Positions 19,954 through 30,040 are shown, counted from the first letter of the stretch. The stretch is 42,602 nucleotides of DNA from an uncultured Lachnospiraceae bacterium (GCA_910579865.1 CAJTXA010000028.1:462-43063), one strand, 5' to 3'. Notes: generated by a model from the letters alone, not told the origin. Made by a program: numbers and translations.

Positions 19954-20250
19954 TTATTGAGTTCCATAAATACCCGACGTAACCGCTGCATTTGTACTAA
20001 TATAAGCCAAAGCTGTTGTTAGGCTTGCCTCTGGAAAACTCCAGTGTACTACACTGTATCCCATTTCTCCCCAATCAGGTCCTCCAGATGCAACCAGCGT
20101 TGCATAAAATGCAAGAATGATACCAAAAATGCATACTGTAATTCCCTTTTCTACTTTTGAGTAAACCCCTTTTGAAAAGTAGCAATACATTAGAACCGCC
20201 AACATAATTAAAGCACCAATCTTCCAGTTTATTCCAAACAACAAGTTCAT
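19954..20250 (-). CDS. Hypothetical small membrane protein (2 predicted TM helices)
   Basis: 98-aa ORF 103 nt downstream of the GerA-family gene. It is hydrophobic and has no recognisable family. Confidence 0.35.
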   Translation of the reverse strand: MNLLFGINWKIGALIMLAVLMYCYFSKGVYSKVEKGITVCIFGIILAFYATLVASGGPDWGEMGYSVVHWSFPEASLTTALAYISTNAAVTSGIYGTQ

Positions 20251-20352
20251 ACCTGCCCCAGTTCCAGAAATATTACCCAGTGTAAAAAATAAGCAAGCCT
20301 GCTTTATTAATTGAAAGGGAAAGCTGTTAAACAGCTTACCTTTCTTATCTAA

Positions 20353-21771
20353 CTACTTATTTTCTGTTTGAGGCAAACTAATCCGAACAAATCTTCGCAA
20401 AAATTCTCGTCCATTAAATGGAAACAACGGATAAAGATAACTTTTTCCAGAAAGCGTTCGGTTTTGACAAACACAAAAAATCGTAAATAATACTCCAAAA
20501 GCATAACCCCAAACCTGAAATACTTGCGTAAGTAATAATGTAATCAATCGCATAAACTTAAGTGCAAAACCTAATTCAAAACTAGGCTGCGAATAATTTG
20601 CCAATACTACAAACGCCATATAAAGCATAGATTCCGAATTAAACCATCCTGACTGTACCGCATAATCCCCTAATACCAAACCAGCAATTACACTTAATGG
20701 GGTACTCAGCATATTAGGTGTATTTACTGCCGCAAGCCGTAAACCGTCAATTGCAAATTCTAAAATAATCAACTGCCAAATTAAAGGGACTTGTATTTCC
20801 TCTGCTGGAAAAATAAATGCCAACCACTCTGGCACCCACTCTGGATTTTTCATAAGAAGCAGCCAAGTAGGCGTTAATATCATCGTTAGTATCGTAATTA
20901 AAAATCGTGACAGCCGAAGATAAGTTCCTGTAACAGGAGGAAAATAATAATCATCTGCTTCCTCTAAAATATCAAACACAGAACAAGGTAAAATCATAGC
21001 AGATGGAGAATTATCTACCAAAACGGCAATTCCGCCTTCTAATATAGAGGCAGCAGCCGTATCCGGTCGTTCTGTATATTTATATTTTGGAAATGGATTC
21101 CACCATCCTCTTCTATAAAGACATTCTGCCAAACTTTCCTGATTCATTGTCAATGAATCAATATCAATCCCATTAATTCGTTGAATCAGCCCCTTTAAAA
21201 ACTCTTGATCCACTCGATCCCTCATATAACAAACCGCAATATCTGTTTTTGAAGAACGTCCTACTGTATAGATTTCATTTGTCAATTCTATACTTCGAAT
21301 CCGACGACGAATTAAAGCAGTATTAGACACAATCGTTTCCACAAAACCATCTCGTGAGCCACGCATCACTCTGTCTTTTTCTGGTTCTTCTACCCCTCTA
21401 GCAGGATAGGATCGACAATCAATCAAATATGCCTTTGTATATCCTTCTATAAATAAAACCACCACACCAGAAAGTACATTTTTTATAATAATATCCTCCG
21501 CCTCTTCCATTTCAACTTCCATATGAGATAGATATTCTTTTGAAAATTCCTCTGCATTCGATGGCATATTTTCTTTTTTTATACTAACAAAAGAAGCTGT
21601 CAATTTTTGCATCAGATCATCTTTTACAAAACCATTGATAAAAAAATAAACAGATTCTCGTCCACCAATTAAAAATTCTTTATATAAAACATCAAAGCTG
21701 TCCTCTGTACGTAAAAGCTTTTTAAACCGATTAAAAGTGTTTTGAAAATCGGTTTTGTTTGTTTCACTCAT
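20353..21771 (-). CDS. Spore germination protein, GerA/SpoVAF family (A-subunit type)
   Basis: 472 aa. Soluble N-terminal domain followed by a ~5-TM C-terminus (ITILTMILTPTWLLL, VIAGLVLGDYAVQSGW), the GerAA-family layout. No adjacent B or C subunit genes. Confidence 0.75.
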   Translation of the reverse strand: MSETNKTDFQNTFNRFKKLLRTEDSFDVLYKEFLIGGRESVYFFINGFVKDDLMQKLTASFVSIKKENMPSNAEEFSKEYLSHMEVEMEEAEDIIIKNVLSGVVVLFIEGYTKAYLIDCRSYPARGVEEPEKDRVMRGSRDGFVETIVSNTALIRRRIRSIELTNEIYTVGRSSKTDIAVCYMRDRVDQEFLKGLIQRINGIDIDSLTMNQESLAECLYRRGWWNPFPKYKYTERPDTAAASILEGGIAVLVDNSPSAMILPCSVFDILEEADDYYFPPVTGTYLRLSRFLITILTMILTPTWLLLMKNPEWVPEWLAFIFPAEEIQVPLIWQLIILEFAIDGLRLAAVNTPNMLSTPLSVIAGLVLGDYAVQSGWFNSESMLYMAFVVLANYSQPSFELGFALKFMRLITLLLTQVFQVWGYAFGVLFTIFCVCQNRTLSGKSYLYPLFPFNGREFLRRFVRISLPQTENK

Positions 21772-21884
21772 CTCTTCTCACCCTCTCCTTATTATTTCTT
21801 ATTGATAAAAGATAGTATCTTCTCATTTTCTTAAAATATTCATACCTTAATTTTAATCTTTACTAGAAAATTTATCGTTCACTC

Positions 21885-21913
21885 TTGAGAAAAAGAAAAA
21901 AATTCACTATAAT
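21885..21913 (+). promoter_or_regulatory. Sigma-A-type promoter (TTGAGA-17-TATAAT) for the + strand gene at 21946
   Basis: -35 at 21885-21890, -10 at 21908-21913, 17-nt spacer. RBS GAGGTGAG sits 6-8 nt before the ATG. Confidence 0.5.
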
Positions 21914-21945
21914 ACAATCAAAATTTATTCCTATGAGGTGAGAAT

Positions 21946-23034
21946 ATGATTGAACAAGATCAACAAACCATAACCCATTCCATTTCTCCTGCACTCCTTC
22001 CAGCTCCTGCTCAAGAAGTTCTATTCTTTGCAATTGAAACAACAGGACTCTCTTTTGAACATTCGTTCCTCTATCTAATTGGTTGTATCTATTACAAGGA
22101 AAATAACTGGCATCTGCTACAATTCTTTAGTGATCATCCAGAAAAAGAAGCAGATTTACTTCGTTCCTTTTTTTCCTTTGCATCCAATTATCACTATCTT
22201 ATTCACTATAATGGTGATCACTTTGCACTTCCATTCTTAAAAAAAAGAGCCGCAAAACAAAATATTCCTGTTTCTCTTCCATCTGAATCAATTGATTTAT
22301 ATAAAGAACTACGCCCTTTCCAATCCTTACTTAATCTAACAACTATGAAACAAAAAAACTTAGAAAACTATTTACACTTTTCTAGAAAAGATACACATAC
22401 CAGTAAAGAACAAATTAAACAATATAAAATCTACTTAAATACAAAGGAACATAACCTATTGTCTTCCCTTTTATTACATAACAAAGAAACGTTAAAAGGG
22501 CTCCTTTTTATTTTATCTCTTAGGACACTTCCTCTTTTAAAAAAAGGACATTTTCACATTCAAAAAACAATTTGCCAGTCCTTTTCTCTTCTTACTGGTG
22601 AACAAACACTTTTTGTTACACGCCTGCTTCCGTTCTCCCCTCTTCTTGTTCCTATCTATTATCAAAATGAATTTTGCACAATTACAACCCAAATGGATCA
22701 TAGTATTCAAATTAAAATACCTGTCTTTACTGGAACACTAAAATACTTTTATTCTAACTATAAAGATTATTATTATCTTCCAGAAGAAGACTATGCCATT
22801 CACAAAAGTGTCGCCTCTTATGTCGATACCTCTCACCGTATAAAAGCCAAAAAAAGTACCTGTTATACCAAAAAGAACAGTCACTTTTTAATTCAGCCAA
22901 CACCCCTTTATACACCAAAATTTAAACAAAATTATAATGATATTTACAGCTATTTTGAACTAACAGAAGAATTTCTAAATTCCCTTGCCAAACAAAAAGA
23001 TTATTTTACAATTTTACTTTCACAATTTTTATAA
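21946..23034 (+). CDS. YprB-like RNase H-fold (DnaQ-like 3'-5' exonuclease fold) protein, probably catalytically inactive
   Basis: 362 aa. FFAIETTGLSFEHSFLYLIGC matches the YprB/DEDD Exo-I motif (F-D-IETTGL) but has Ala in place of the first Asp. HYNGDHFALPFLKKR matches Exo-II (YNGxxFDxPFL), also with D to A. Confidence 0.55.
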   Translation: MIEQDQQTITHSISPALLPAPAQEVLFFAIETTGLSFEHSFLYLIGCIYYKENNWHLLQFFSDHPEKEADLLRSFFSFASNYHYLIHYNGDHFALPFLKKRAAKQNIPVSLPSESIDLYKELRPFQSLLNLTTMKQKNLENYLHFSRKDTHTSKEQIKQYKIYLNTKEHNLLSSLLLHNKETLKGLLFILSLRTLPLLKKGHFHIQKTICQSFSLLTGEQTLFVTRLLPFSPLLVPIYYQNEFCTITTQMDHSIQIKIPVFTGTLKYFYSNYKDYYYLPEEDYAIHKSVASYVDTSHRIKAKKSTCYTKKNSHFLIQPTPLYTPKFKQNYNDIYSYFELTEEFLNSLAKQKDYFTILLSQFL

Positions 23035-23049
23035 AATATGATTCTTTAC

Positions 23050-23102
23050 TAAAAAAAGGACTATAACAAAATTATCACATTCTGTTATAGTCCTTGCCTT
23101 TT
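23050..23102. terminator. Bidirectional rho-independent terminator between convergent genes
   Basis: 13-bp stem AAGGACTATAACA/TGTTATAGTCCTT (23056-23068 with 23083-23095). T-runs follow on both strands (GCCTTTT on +, TTTTTTT on -). Confidence 0.65.
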
Positions 23103-23116
23103 AAAACAATAAGCAA

Positions 23117-23941
23117 TTACTTTATCTTTTTATAGAAAAACGATTTATAAGACTCATAATTTAATTCTCGATATTTAATAATCTGCTCTGTACTTCCAAC
23201 AAAAAGATAGCCTCCTATCCGTAAAGTTGCATTAAACTTACGATAAATTTCCTCTTTTGCTTCCTCTGTAAAATAGATTAATACATTTCGGCAGAGAATC
23301 AAATCAAAGTTTGTTGGATAAGTATCTTTTAATAAATTATGTTGTTTAAATTGTACGCATTTTTTAATATCATTACTAATTTGAAATGCCGAATTTCCAA
23401 CTGAAGTAAAATATTTACTTACAAAGTCTTTTGGTAAGCCTGCTAAGCTTTTTTGCGTATAAAGCCCTGTTTGTGCTTTTTCAAGAACCTGTTTATCAAT
23501 ATCCGTTGCCATAATTGAAATATTAGAAAGTGGCATATACTTTCCAAGTACCATTGCTAATGTATAAGGCTCATCTCCAGTAGAACAAGCAGCACTCCAA
23601 ATCTTTAATCGCCCTGTTGCATTTTTCATCAAAATTGGTAAAATTTCATTTTCCAATACTTTCCACTGTTCTGGATTCCGGTAAAACTCTGAAACATTAA
23701 TTGTCAGGTAATTAATAAATTCTTCTAATAAATCTTCCTGTTTTTTAATTGCTGCAACATAATCCTCATATCCAGAAAACTTATTTTTTGCAATCAGTGA
23801 ATCAATTCTTCGTTTCATCTGACGCTCTTTATACGCATTTAAATCAATTTTGGTTAAAGAAAATACTTGTGTTTTAAACTGCTCATAATTCATTGCCATT
23901 CCAATAGGCTCCTCCCTTTTCGATACAGTATAAAGTTGCAA
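23117..23941 (-). CDS. cheR: Chemotaxis protein methyltransferase CheR
   Basis: VSEFYRNPEQW, SAM-binding IWSAACSTGDEPYTLAM and DLILCRNVLIYF. The true start is probably the internal Met at MAMNYEQ. Confidence 0.9.
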   Translation of the reverse strand: MQLYTVSKREEPIGMAMNYEQFKTQVFSLTKIDLNAYKERQMKRRIDSLIAKNKFSGYEDYVAAIKKQEDLLEEFINYLTINVSEFYRNPEQWKVLENEILPILMKNATGRLKIWSAACSTGDEPYTLAMVLGKYMPLSNISIMATDIDKQVLEKAQTGLYTQKSLAGLPKDFVSKYFTSVGNSAFQISNDIKKCVQFKQHNLLKDTYPTNFDLILCRNVLIYFTEEAKEEIYRKFNATLRIGGYLFVGSTEQIIKYRELNYESYKSFFYKKIK

Positions 23942-23944
23942 TTA

Positions 23945-24002
23945 ATAAAAACCCGCAGTTATCCTTGCCGGAACTTTCTAGAATCCGACTATCAACTGCG
24001 GG
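23945..24002 (-). terminator. Terminator-like hairpin downstream of rpsA
   Basis: 9-bp GC-rich stem CCCGCAGTT/AACTGCGGG (23952-23960 with 23994-24002) and a 33-nt loop. On the minus strand it is followed by UUUUUAU. Confidence 0.45.
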
Positions 24003-24014
24003 AGAGTGATTGTT

Positions 24015-25097
24015 TTATTCTTCTGCCGGAACAGCTTCCTCTGCCGGAGTTTCCAAAACTTTCATACTTAAACTAATCTTCTTTTCTGCTTCATTAAAAT
24101 CTACAATTTTAGCTTTAATTGCCTGTCCAACTTTTAAGACATCGGATGGTTTTTCTACATGTTCTTTTGAAATTTGGGAAACATGAAGTAACGCATCTAC
24201 ACCAGATTCTAACTCTACAAAAGCTCCAAAATCTGTCATTCTAGCAACTTTACCTTCTACCACATTTCCAACTGCATACTTCTTAGCAGCATCTGTCCAT
24301 GGATTTGCTTCTGGAAATTTCAAACTTAATGCTACTTTATCTCCACTGATATCCTTGATAAATGCTTTTACTGTATCACCAACTTTAAATACCTTCTTTG
24401 GACTTTCCACACGTCCCCAAGACATCTCTGAAATATGAAGCAAACCATCTGCTCCACCTAAATCAATAAAGGCTCCAAAATCTGTTACATTTTTAACTGT
24501 TCCTTCAATTGTCATACCAACTGAAATTCTTTCAAATAATTCTCTTTGCAGTTCTGCTTTCTTTGCAAGTAAGAGTTGTTTTCTATCGCCAATAATCCTT
24601 CTTCTTTTTGGATTAAATTCACTAATTACAAATTCAATCTCTTGTCCTGCATATTTTTCTAAATTCTTTTCATACGTATCCGATACTAAACTTGCTGGAA
24701 TAAAAACACGTGTTTCATCTACTACAACACTTAAACCACCATCTAATACCTGCGCAACAGTTGCTGTTAATACTTCTTTATTGTTATAAGCATCTTCTAA
24801 TTTCTTATTTCCTTTTTCGGCTGCTAACTTCTTATAAGAAAGCAATACCTGCCCCTCACCATCATTAACTTTCATAACCTTTACTTGCATCGTATCGCCA
24901 ACGGAAACCATTGTCGTAAGGTCTGCATTTGGAACATTTGTATATTCACTTCTTGTAATAATGCCATCAGCCTTATAGCCTATATTTAAGACAATTTCAT
25001 CTTCCTTAACACTGATTACAGTACCTTCGACTACCTCCCCATTTCTGATTGTTTTAAATGATTCTTCCAACATTTGTTCAAAACTTAATTCTGACAT
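24015..25097 (-). CDS. rpsA: 30S ribosomal protein S1 (short 4 x S1-domain form)
   Basis: 360 aa with four S1 repeats (GEVVEGTV..., GDTMQVKV..., GMTIEGTVKNVTDFGAFIDLG, GNVVEGKVARMTDFGAFVEL). Confidence 0.9.
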   Translation of the reverse strand: MSELSFEQMLEESFKTIRNGEVVEGTVISVKEDEIVLNIGYKADGIITRSEYTNVPNADLTTMVSVGDTMQVKVMKVNDGEGQVLLSYKKLAAEKGNKKLEDAYNNKEVLTATVAQVLDGGLSVVVDETRVFIPASLVSDTYEKNLEKYAGQEIEFVISEFNPKRRRIIGDRKQLLLAKKAELQRELFERISVGMTIEGTVKNVTDFGAFIDLGGADGLLHISEMSWGRVESPKKVFKVGDTVKAFIKDISGDKVALSLKFPEANPWTDAAKKYAVGNVVEGKVARMTDFGAFVELESGVDALLHVSQISKEHVEKPSDVLKVGQAIKAKIVDFNEAEKKISLSMKVLETPAEEAVPAEE

Positions 25098-25935
25098 TAG
25101 TATGAACCTCCTCGATAATATTATTTGGGGTGGAAGCCCCTGCTGTAATACCTACGCAACCCATGGACTTCAATTTATCAAAATCCAAATCAACAAGTGT
25201 CTGTATATAGTAAGTATTTTTACATTCCTTTTTACATATTTCATACAGCTTTTGCGTATTCGAACTGCTTTTACTGCCAATCACAATCATAGCGTCTACT
25301 TCAGAAGCAATCTGCTTTGCTTCTGTCTGCCGTTCTTCTGTCGCATTGCAAATTGTATTACGGACAACTATATCATAACCCTTTTTTGAAATAATTTCAA
25401 CTAAATCTTTAAATTTCGTATAATGAAAAGTAGTTTGTGAAACAATACAGACTTTTTTCTCCTTCTCCACTACAAATTCCATTGCTTGTTGTTTATTTTC
25501 AATAATTACAGGTGTTGTTTTACACCATCCTTTAATCCCCTCTACTTCTGGATGTTTATCATTTCCAATTACTACAATTTGATAGCCTTCTTCACTATAC
25601 TTTGCTACAATCTGATGAATCTTCTTTACAAATGGACAAGTAGCATCTACAACTGTAATCCCCTTCTCTTGCAATTTATCATAAATTCGCTTTTCTACTC
25701 CATGAGAACGAAGTACAACAATTCCTTCTGTCAGCTTTTCTAAATCCTCTTCTCCATGCAACACTTTCACACCCTTTTTTTCTAAATCACATACCACTTC
25801 TTCATTATGAATTAATGGGCCATATGTATAAATGGCTGAATGTACAAAAGGATCCTCCAATTTTTGATATACGGCTTCTACCGCTTTTTTTACTCCAAAA
25901 CAAAATCCCGCTGATTTTGCCACTTTTACTTCCAT
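25078..25935 (-). CDS. ispH: 4-hydroxy-3-methylbut-2-enyl diphosphate reductase
   Basis: 285 aa. MEVKVAKSAGFCFGVKKAV, with conserved Cys residues and the IspH/LytB fold. The stop overlaps the rpsA start by 20 nt in another frame. Confidence 0.9.
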   Translation of the reverse strand: MEVKVAKSAGFCFGVKKAVEAVYQKLEDPFVHSAIYTYGPLIHNEEVVCDLEKKGVKVLHGEEDLEKLTEGIVVLRSHGVEKRIYDKLQEKGITVVDATCPFVKKIHQIVAKYSEEGYQIVVIGNDKHPEVEGIKGWCKTTPVIIENKQQAMEFVVEKEKKVCIVSQTTFHYTKFKDLVEIISKKGYDIVVRNTICNATEERQTEAKQIASEVDAMIVIGSKSSSNTQKLYEICKKECKNTYYIQTLVDLDFDKLKSMGCVGITAGASTPNNIIEEVHTNVRIKF

Positions 25936-25998
25936 AAAATCGATTCCTCACATTTTCCATAAACTTCCAAATGACTTGTCTTTCAAATTTTTATCGGC

Positions 25999-26664
25999 TT
26001 ATTTTGTATTTTCCTTAATAGCCAGAATGGAATTTATCACTTCCTCAATGGTTTGATTGGAACTATCAATCAAAACAGCATCCTCTGCCTGACGAAGAGG
26101 TGCAAATTCACGATTTTTATCTCGCTCGTCTCGTTCTTCCATATCTCTTTTTATTTCATCATAATCACTTTTTATCCCCTTCTCTTTTAATTCCAGATAA
26201 CGGCGATCGGCACGGGCTTTGACACTTGCTGTTAGATAAATTTTAATATCTGCATCTGGAAGTACATATGTTCCAATATCCCGTCCATCCATAATAACAT
26301 CATTTATCTTAGCAAGTTCTCTCTGTAACTCTACTAATTTTAACCGAACTTCTGGATAAATACTAATAGCAGAGGCCATTCTTCCAACTGCTTCTTCCCT
26401 TAAAAAGGAGGTAACATTCTCTCCATTTAAAATCACTTGTTGCATACCATCTTTATATTCAATTGCAACTTTTACTTTCTGACAAGCTCCCACAATCGCA
26501 ACCTGATCGGTTGCTGCAAATCCAAGTCGAAGAAAATATAATGCCATTGCACGATACATTGCACCAGTATCTACATAAATATATTCTAATCTTTTTGCTA
26601 ATTCTTTCGCTATTGTACTTTTGCCAGCTCCTGCTGGTCCATCGATTGCAATATTATATTTCAT
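25999..26664 (-). CDS. cmk: Cytidylate kinase
   Basis: MKYNIAIDGPAGAGKSTIAKELAKRL P-loop. I place the start at the internal Met (26664) rather than the ORF-track start at 26760, because that matches Cmk length and avoids overlap with the upstream gene. Confidence 0.9.
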   Translation of the reverse strand: MKYNIAIDGPAGAGKSTIAKELAKRLEYIYVDTGAMYRAMALYFLRLGFAATDQVAIVGACQKVKVAIEYKDGMQQVILNGENVTSFLREEAVGRMASAISIYPEVRLKLVELQRELAKINDVIMDGRDIGTYVLPDADIKIYLTASVKARADRRYLELKEKGIKSDYDEIKRDMEERDERDKNREFAPLRQAEDAVLIDSSNQTIEEVINSILAIKENTK

Positions 26665-26716
26665 AACATTCTCCATTTTTCTTATTTTATTCATTTTTAT
26701 AAAAACCACTCTTTTT

Positions 26717-27946
26717 TTATTGGATTGCATTTGCTGCTGCATAAGCAGTAGACCAAGCAATCTGTAAGTTAAATCCTCCTGTCAATGCATCTAAATCCAA
26801 TACCTCTCCAATAAAGTAAATCCCTTTTACTAGTTTCGATTCCATACTAGCAGGTGTTATTTCTGAAACTGCCACTCCTCCACGAGTAATAATTGCTTCT
26901 GAAAAGCCCCGATAACCAATTAAGGTAAATTGAAAATCTTTTAGTGTTTCTACTATCTTTATTCTTTCCGTTTTTGTGATTTCATTTACTTTTTTCTCAA
27001 AAGAAATCTCCATATAATCAAGTACAATAGGAACCATCTTCCGAGGAAGCAAAGTATCCATAACATTCTTTATCTGTTTCTTTTGATTTACTTCAAACTC
27101 CCGAAGAATTCTTGCTTCTAATTGTTTTTTGTCAAGTGCTGGCTTTAAATCAATAGAAAGTTTCAATTCTCCCTTTTCCATTTCCTCACTTACTAAACTG
27201 CTTGCGCTTAATATCACTGGCCCACTTACACCAAAATGAGTAAATAGCATTTCTCCAAATTCCGAATAAATCGACTTTTTTCCGCTATAAATCGTAACCC
27301 GAATATTTTTAAGTGAAATTCCTTGCAGCTTTTCTACCCAAGCTTCTTTTACAATAAATGGCACCAATCCTGGTTTTAATTTTGTAACAGTATGTCCCAT
27401 CTTTTTTGCAAACTGATAACCGTCTCCCGTTGATCCGGTGGAAGGATAGGAAATTCCTCCAGTTGCAATGAATACTGCATCTGCCTTTACTACTTGTCGA
27501 TTTGACAGACGAATCCCACTGCAATGCCCTTTTTCTACTAATACTTCTTCCACTTGTGTATGCAAATGTATCTTTACTCCCAAATGCTGCATCTTTCTTT
27601 GCAAAGTAAAAATAACATCCGAAGCTTTATCCGATTCTGGAAATACCCTTCCGCCACGTTCTGTCTTTATTCTAAGTCCAAGCTCTGTCAAAAAATTCAT
27701 CATATCATAATTATGAAATCCATAAAAAGCACTGTAAAGAAATTTTGGATTTCCAACCACATTGGCAAATAATGTATCCATATCACAGGCATTTGTAATA
27801 TTACAACGTCCTTTTCCAGTAATATAAAGCTTTTTTCCTAATTTTTCATTTTTTTCAAAAACCTGAACCTCATGACCATTTTTAGCTGCAACGATAGCAG
27901 CTAACATCCCCGCTGCGCCGCCTCCTACAATTAATACTTTGCTCAT
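26717..27946 (-). CDS. HI0933-family FAD-dependent flavoprotein (BaiN/aminoacetone oxidase-like)
   Basis: 409 aa. N-terminal Rossmann VLIVGGGAAGMLAAIVAA, with HI0933-like length and central/C-terminal motifs. Confidence 0.85.
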   Translation of the reverse strand: MSKVLIVGGGAAGMLAAIVAAKNGHEVQVFEKNEKLGKKLYITGKGRCNITNACDMDTLFANVVGNPKFLYSAFYGFHNYDMMNFLTELGLRIKTERGGRVFPESDKASDVIFTLQRKMQHLGVKIHLHTQVEEVLVEKGHCSGIRLSNRQVVKADAVFIATGGISYPSTGSTGDGYQFAKKMGHTVTKLKPGLVPFIVKEAWVEKLQGISLKNIRVTIYSGKKSIYSEFGEMLFTHFGVSGPVILSASSLVSEEMEKGELKLSIDLKPALDKKQLEARILREFEVNQKKQIKNVMDTLLPRKMVPIVLDYMEISFEKKVNEITKTERIKIVETLKDFQFTLIGYRGFSEAIITRGGVAVSEITPASMESKLVKGIYFIGEVLDLDALTGGFNLQIAWSTAYAAANAIQ

Positions 27947-27961
27947 TCTCCTTCTCCTTAT

Positions 27962-28870
27962 TTATTCATCAAGCTCCTGTTTTGCTGCCTGTATCTCGTC
28001 ATTATTATAAATTTGATATTCATCCCATATTTGCTCTAATCTTTCTAAATTTTGAACCACTTCGCCCCGCCTTTTTATACAAAGTGCAACCACTAATGCA
28101 TTAATTACACTTAATGGAGCAACCAAAGAATCCACAATCGAAGCCATATCACTTTTTGCCAATAAACTATAAGTCGCATATAGATTCATTGGAGAATTTG
28201 AGCTATCTGTTAAAGCAACCACTTTTGCCCCCTGGTGATTTGCAAATTCCAATGCTTTTAATGTTCGCATAGAATAACGTGGAAAACTAATTCCAATCAT
28301 CACATCTCTTTCTCCTATCCGAAGCATCTGCTCAAATAACTCGCTTGAATTACTGCTTTGTAAAATCCGAACATCTTCCAATATTAAATTTAAATAAAAT
28401 CCAAGAAAATTAGCAAGTGGTGCACAACTTCGAATTCCAATAATATAAACGGTCTTTGCATTAAGAATTGTATCCACAGTTTGTCCAAATACATTTTTAT
28501 CAATTGTATCCAACGTTATCTTTATTTTCTCTATATCTGCACTTAACACAGAATCTAATACATCTGTTTCTGAAAGAATTCCAGATGTCATTTCCATTCG
28601 CTGAATGGAATTTAATTTTTGCTTTATATACTCCTTTAGTGCTCTTTGAAATTCTGGATATCCTTTATATCCAAGACTAATTGCAAACCGTACAACTGTT
28701 GATTCACTTACTCCAACTACTTCTCCTAATTTTGCCGCAGTTAAAAAAGCAGCTTTATTGGAATGTTTTTCAATATAACGTAAAATCATCCTCTGTCCTT
28801 TACTTAGTCTTTTCTTCTTATCTTGCACCTTTTCTTGTATTCTTTTTTGTATATCATATTGTGGTTCCAT
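27962..28870 (-). CDS. RpiR/MurR-family transcriptional regulator (HTH_6 + SIS domain)
   Basis: 302 aa. The N-terminal HTH (ILRYIEKH...LGEVVGVSESTVVRF) is followed by a SIS sugar-phosphate-binding domain. Confidence 0.85.
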   Translation of the reverse strand: MEPQYDIQKRIQEKVQDKKKRLSKGQRMILRYIEKHSNKAAFLTAAKLGEVVGVSESTVVRFAISLGYKGYPEFQRALKEYIKQKLNSIQRMEMTSGILSETDVLDSVLSADIEKIKITLDTIDKNVFGQTVDTILNAKTVYIIGIRSCAPLANFLGFYLNLILEDVRILQSSNSSELFEQMLRIGERDVMIGISFPRYSMRTLKALEFANHQGAKVVALTDSSNSPMNLYATYSLLAKSDMASIVDSLVAPLSVINALVVALCIKRRGEVVQNLERLEQIWDEYQIYNNDEIQAAKQELDE

Positions 28871-28917
28871 TTTTTCTACTCCCTACAAAATCGTTTACTT
28901 TTTTCATCCTATGTTAG

Positions 28918-29901
28918 TTAATCAAAAATTTTCATCAATTCATAAACCCTAACTTTTGTCATCTCTGCTGCTTTTTGATTCATAACCATTGGTTGTATTG
29001 ATCCTCCTTCATGTTCTGCTCCTGCTTTTGCAATCTCTTGCTCCTTTAAAGCAATCCATTTTAATTGTTCAGCAGTTAGAATTTTCATCGTTTCTGTATC
29101 CTGTGTCTGTTTTAAAACTTCCCATACTCGATTTAGCAAAGAGTCCCACAAATCGTACAGCTCTTTTGTTTTTTCATTATATTCTAATTGAGTAAGAATA
29201 TCATTTGTTATTGATTCCTCTAAAGATGCTGCACTTGTTTCATTATAAGTAATTATTTTTTTTAGCTCATCAATTACATGATAACTTGAAAATCCAAATT
29301 GGCTAACTTCATTATTTAAGACATAAAATGGAAGTTTTCTATCCTTTTCTTTTCCTTCGTCCATCCAACTTCCTTGCACCCACATTTGAACTTCTTTTGA
29401 AAGTTCTGTATATGGTGTTCCAGGCAAATAAATTAAAATATTTTGTGTGTTCTCTAATCCATAGGCATCTGTATAGCGATACAACATCTCATCCTTAATC
29501 TCTTCTGTACCTGCTTCTTTTTCATATTCTATCTGAGCAATCTGTACAGAATACGTAAATTCATTTACTTTTACTGGTTGTGTAAACTGACCATGAAACT
29601 TACACTGATAAGCTACACCTTTATAATTTTCTCCTACTTCTGCATCATGATCCAAATATTCTCCAGAAAAATTTCCATTTTCATGAATCATTAAAACAGT
29701 TCTCCAAGCACCTGCACCACTAGAAAAATAAAATTCAAAATTCTTAAGATCTGCAAAAGAAAACTCATTTTTTTCCAAAACTAATTCTTGTATAACCTTA
29801 GTTTCTGTATTCCCTACTGTATTTTGAGTTGTTTCTTGTTTTTGATTTCTGCAACTGCATATGATAAACACCATACTTCCAATTAATATAAACCTTATCA
29901 C
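28918..29901 (-). CDS. Secreted/lipoprotein with C-terminal LprI-like (DUF1311) domain
   Basis: 327 aa. Signal peptide with Cys (MIRFILIGSMVFIICSC). The C-terminal ELYDLWDSLLNRVW...LTAEQLKWIALKEQEIAKAG...GGSIQPMVMNQKAAEMTKVRVYELMK matches the DUF1311 pattern. Confidence 0.6.
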   Translation of the reverse strand: MIRFILIGSMVFIICSCRNQKQETTQNTVGNTETKVIQELVLEKNEFSFADLKNFEFYFSSGAGAWRTVLMIHENGNFSGEYLDHDAEVGENYKGVAYQCKFHGQFTQPVKVNEFTYSVQIAQIEYEKEAGTEEIKDEMLYRYTDAYGLENTQNILIYLPGTPYTELSKEVQMWVQGSWMDEGKEKDRKLPFYVLNNEVSQFGFSSYHVIDELKKIITYNETSAASLEESITNDILTQLEYNEKTKELYDLWDSLLNRVWEVLKQTQDTETMKILTAEQLKWIALKEQEIAKAGAEHEGGSIQPMVMNQKAAEMTKVRVYELMKIFD

Positions 29902-29979
29902 TTTTATCTTTTTCCTCTCCTTTTTCTAAACTCCAGAAGTATCATACCATAACTATTTCTTAAATTCCATTCTTTTTTA

Positions 29980-30016
29980 ATAATTAAAAAAGAGGAGTTT
30001 TTTCAGACTCCTCTTA
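29980..30016 (-). terminator. Rho-independent terminator of the hydrogenase operon
   Basis: 9-bp stem AAGAGGAGT/ACTCCTCTT (29990-29998 with 30007-30015). On the minus strand it is followed by UUUUUUAAUUAUU. Confidence 0.65.
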
Positions 30017-30040
30017 AACTTTTTCTTCTATTTCCATCTT

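Noticed and set aside
19954-21771. The 98-aa ORF is in the same reading frame as the GerA-family gene, separated by a single TAG and 33 sense codons; considered stop-codon read-through
   Set aside because: GerAA-family proteins normally end after the TM domain at about this length. A shared frame has a one-in-three chance. The 98-aa ORF has its own ATG. This is most likely coincidence.
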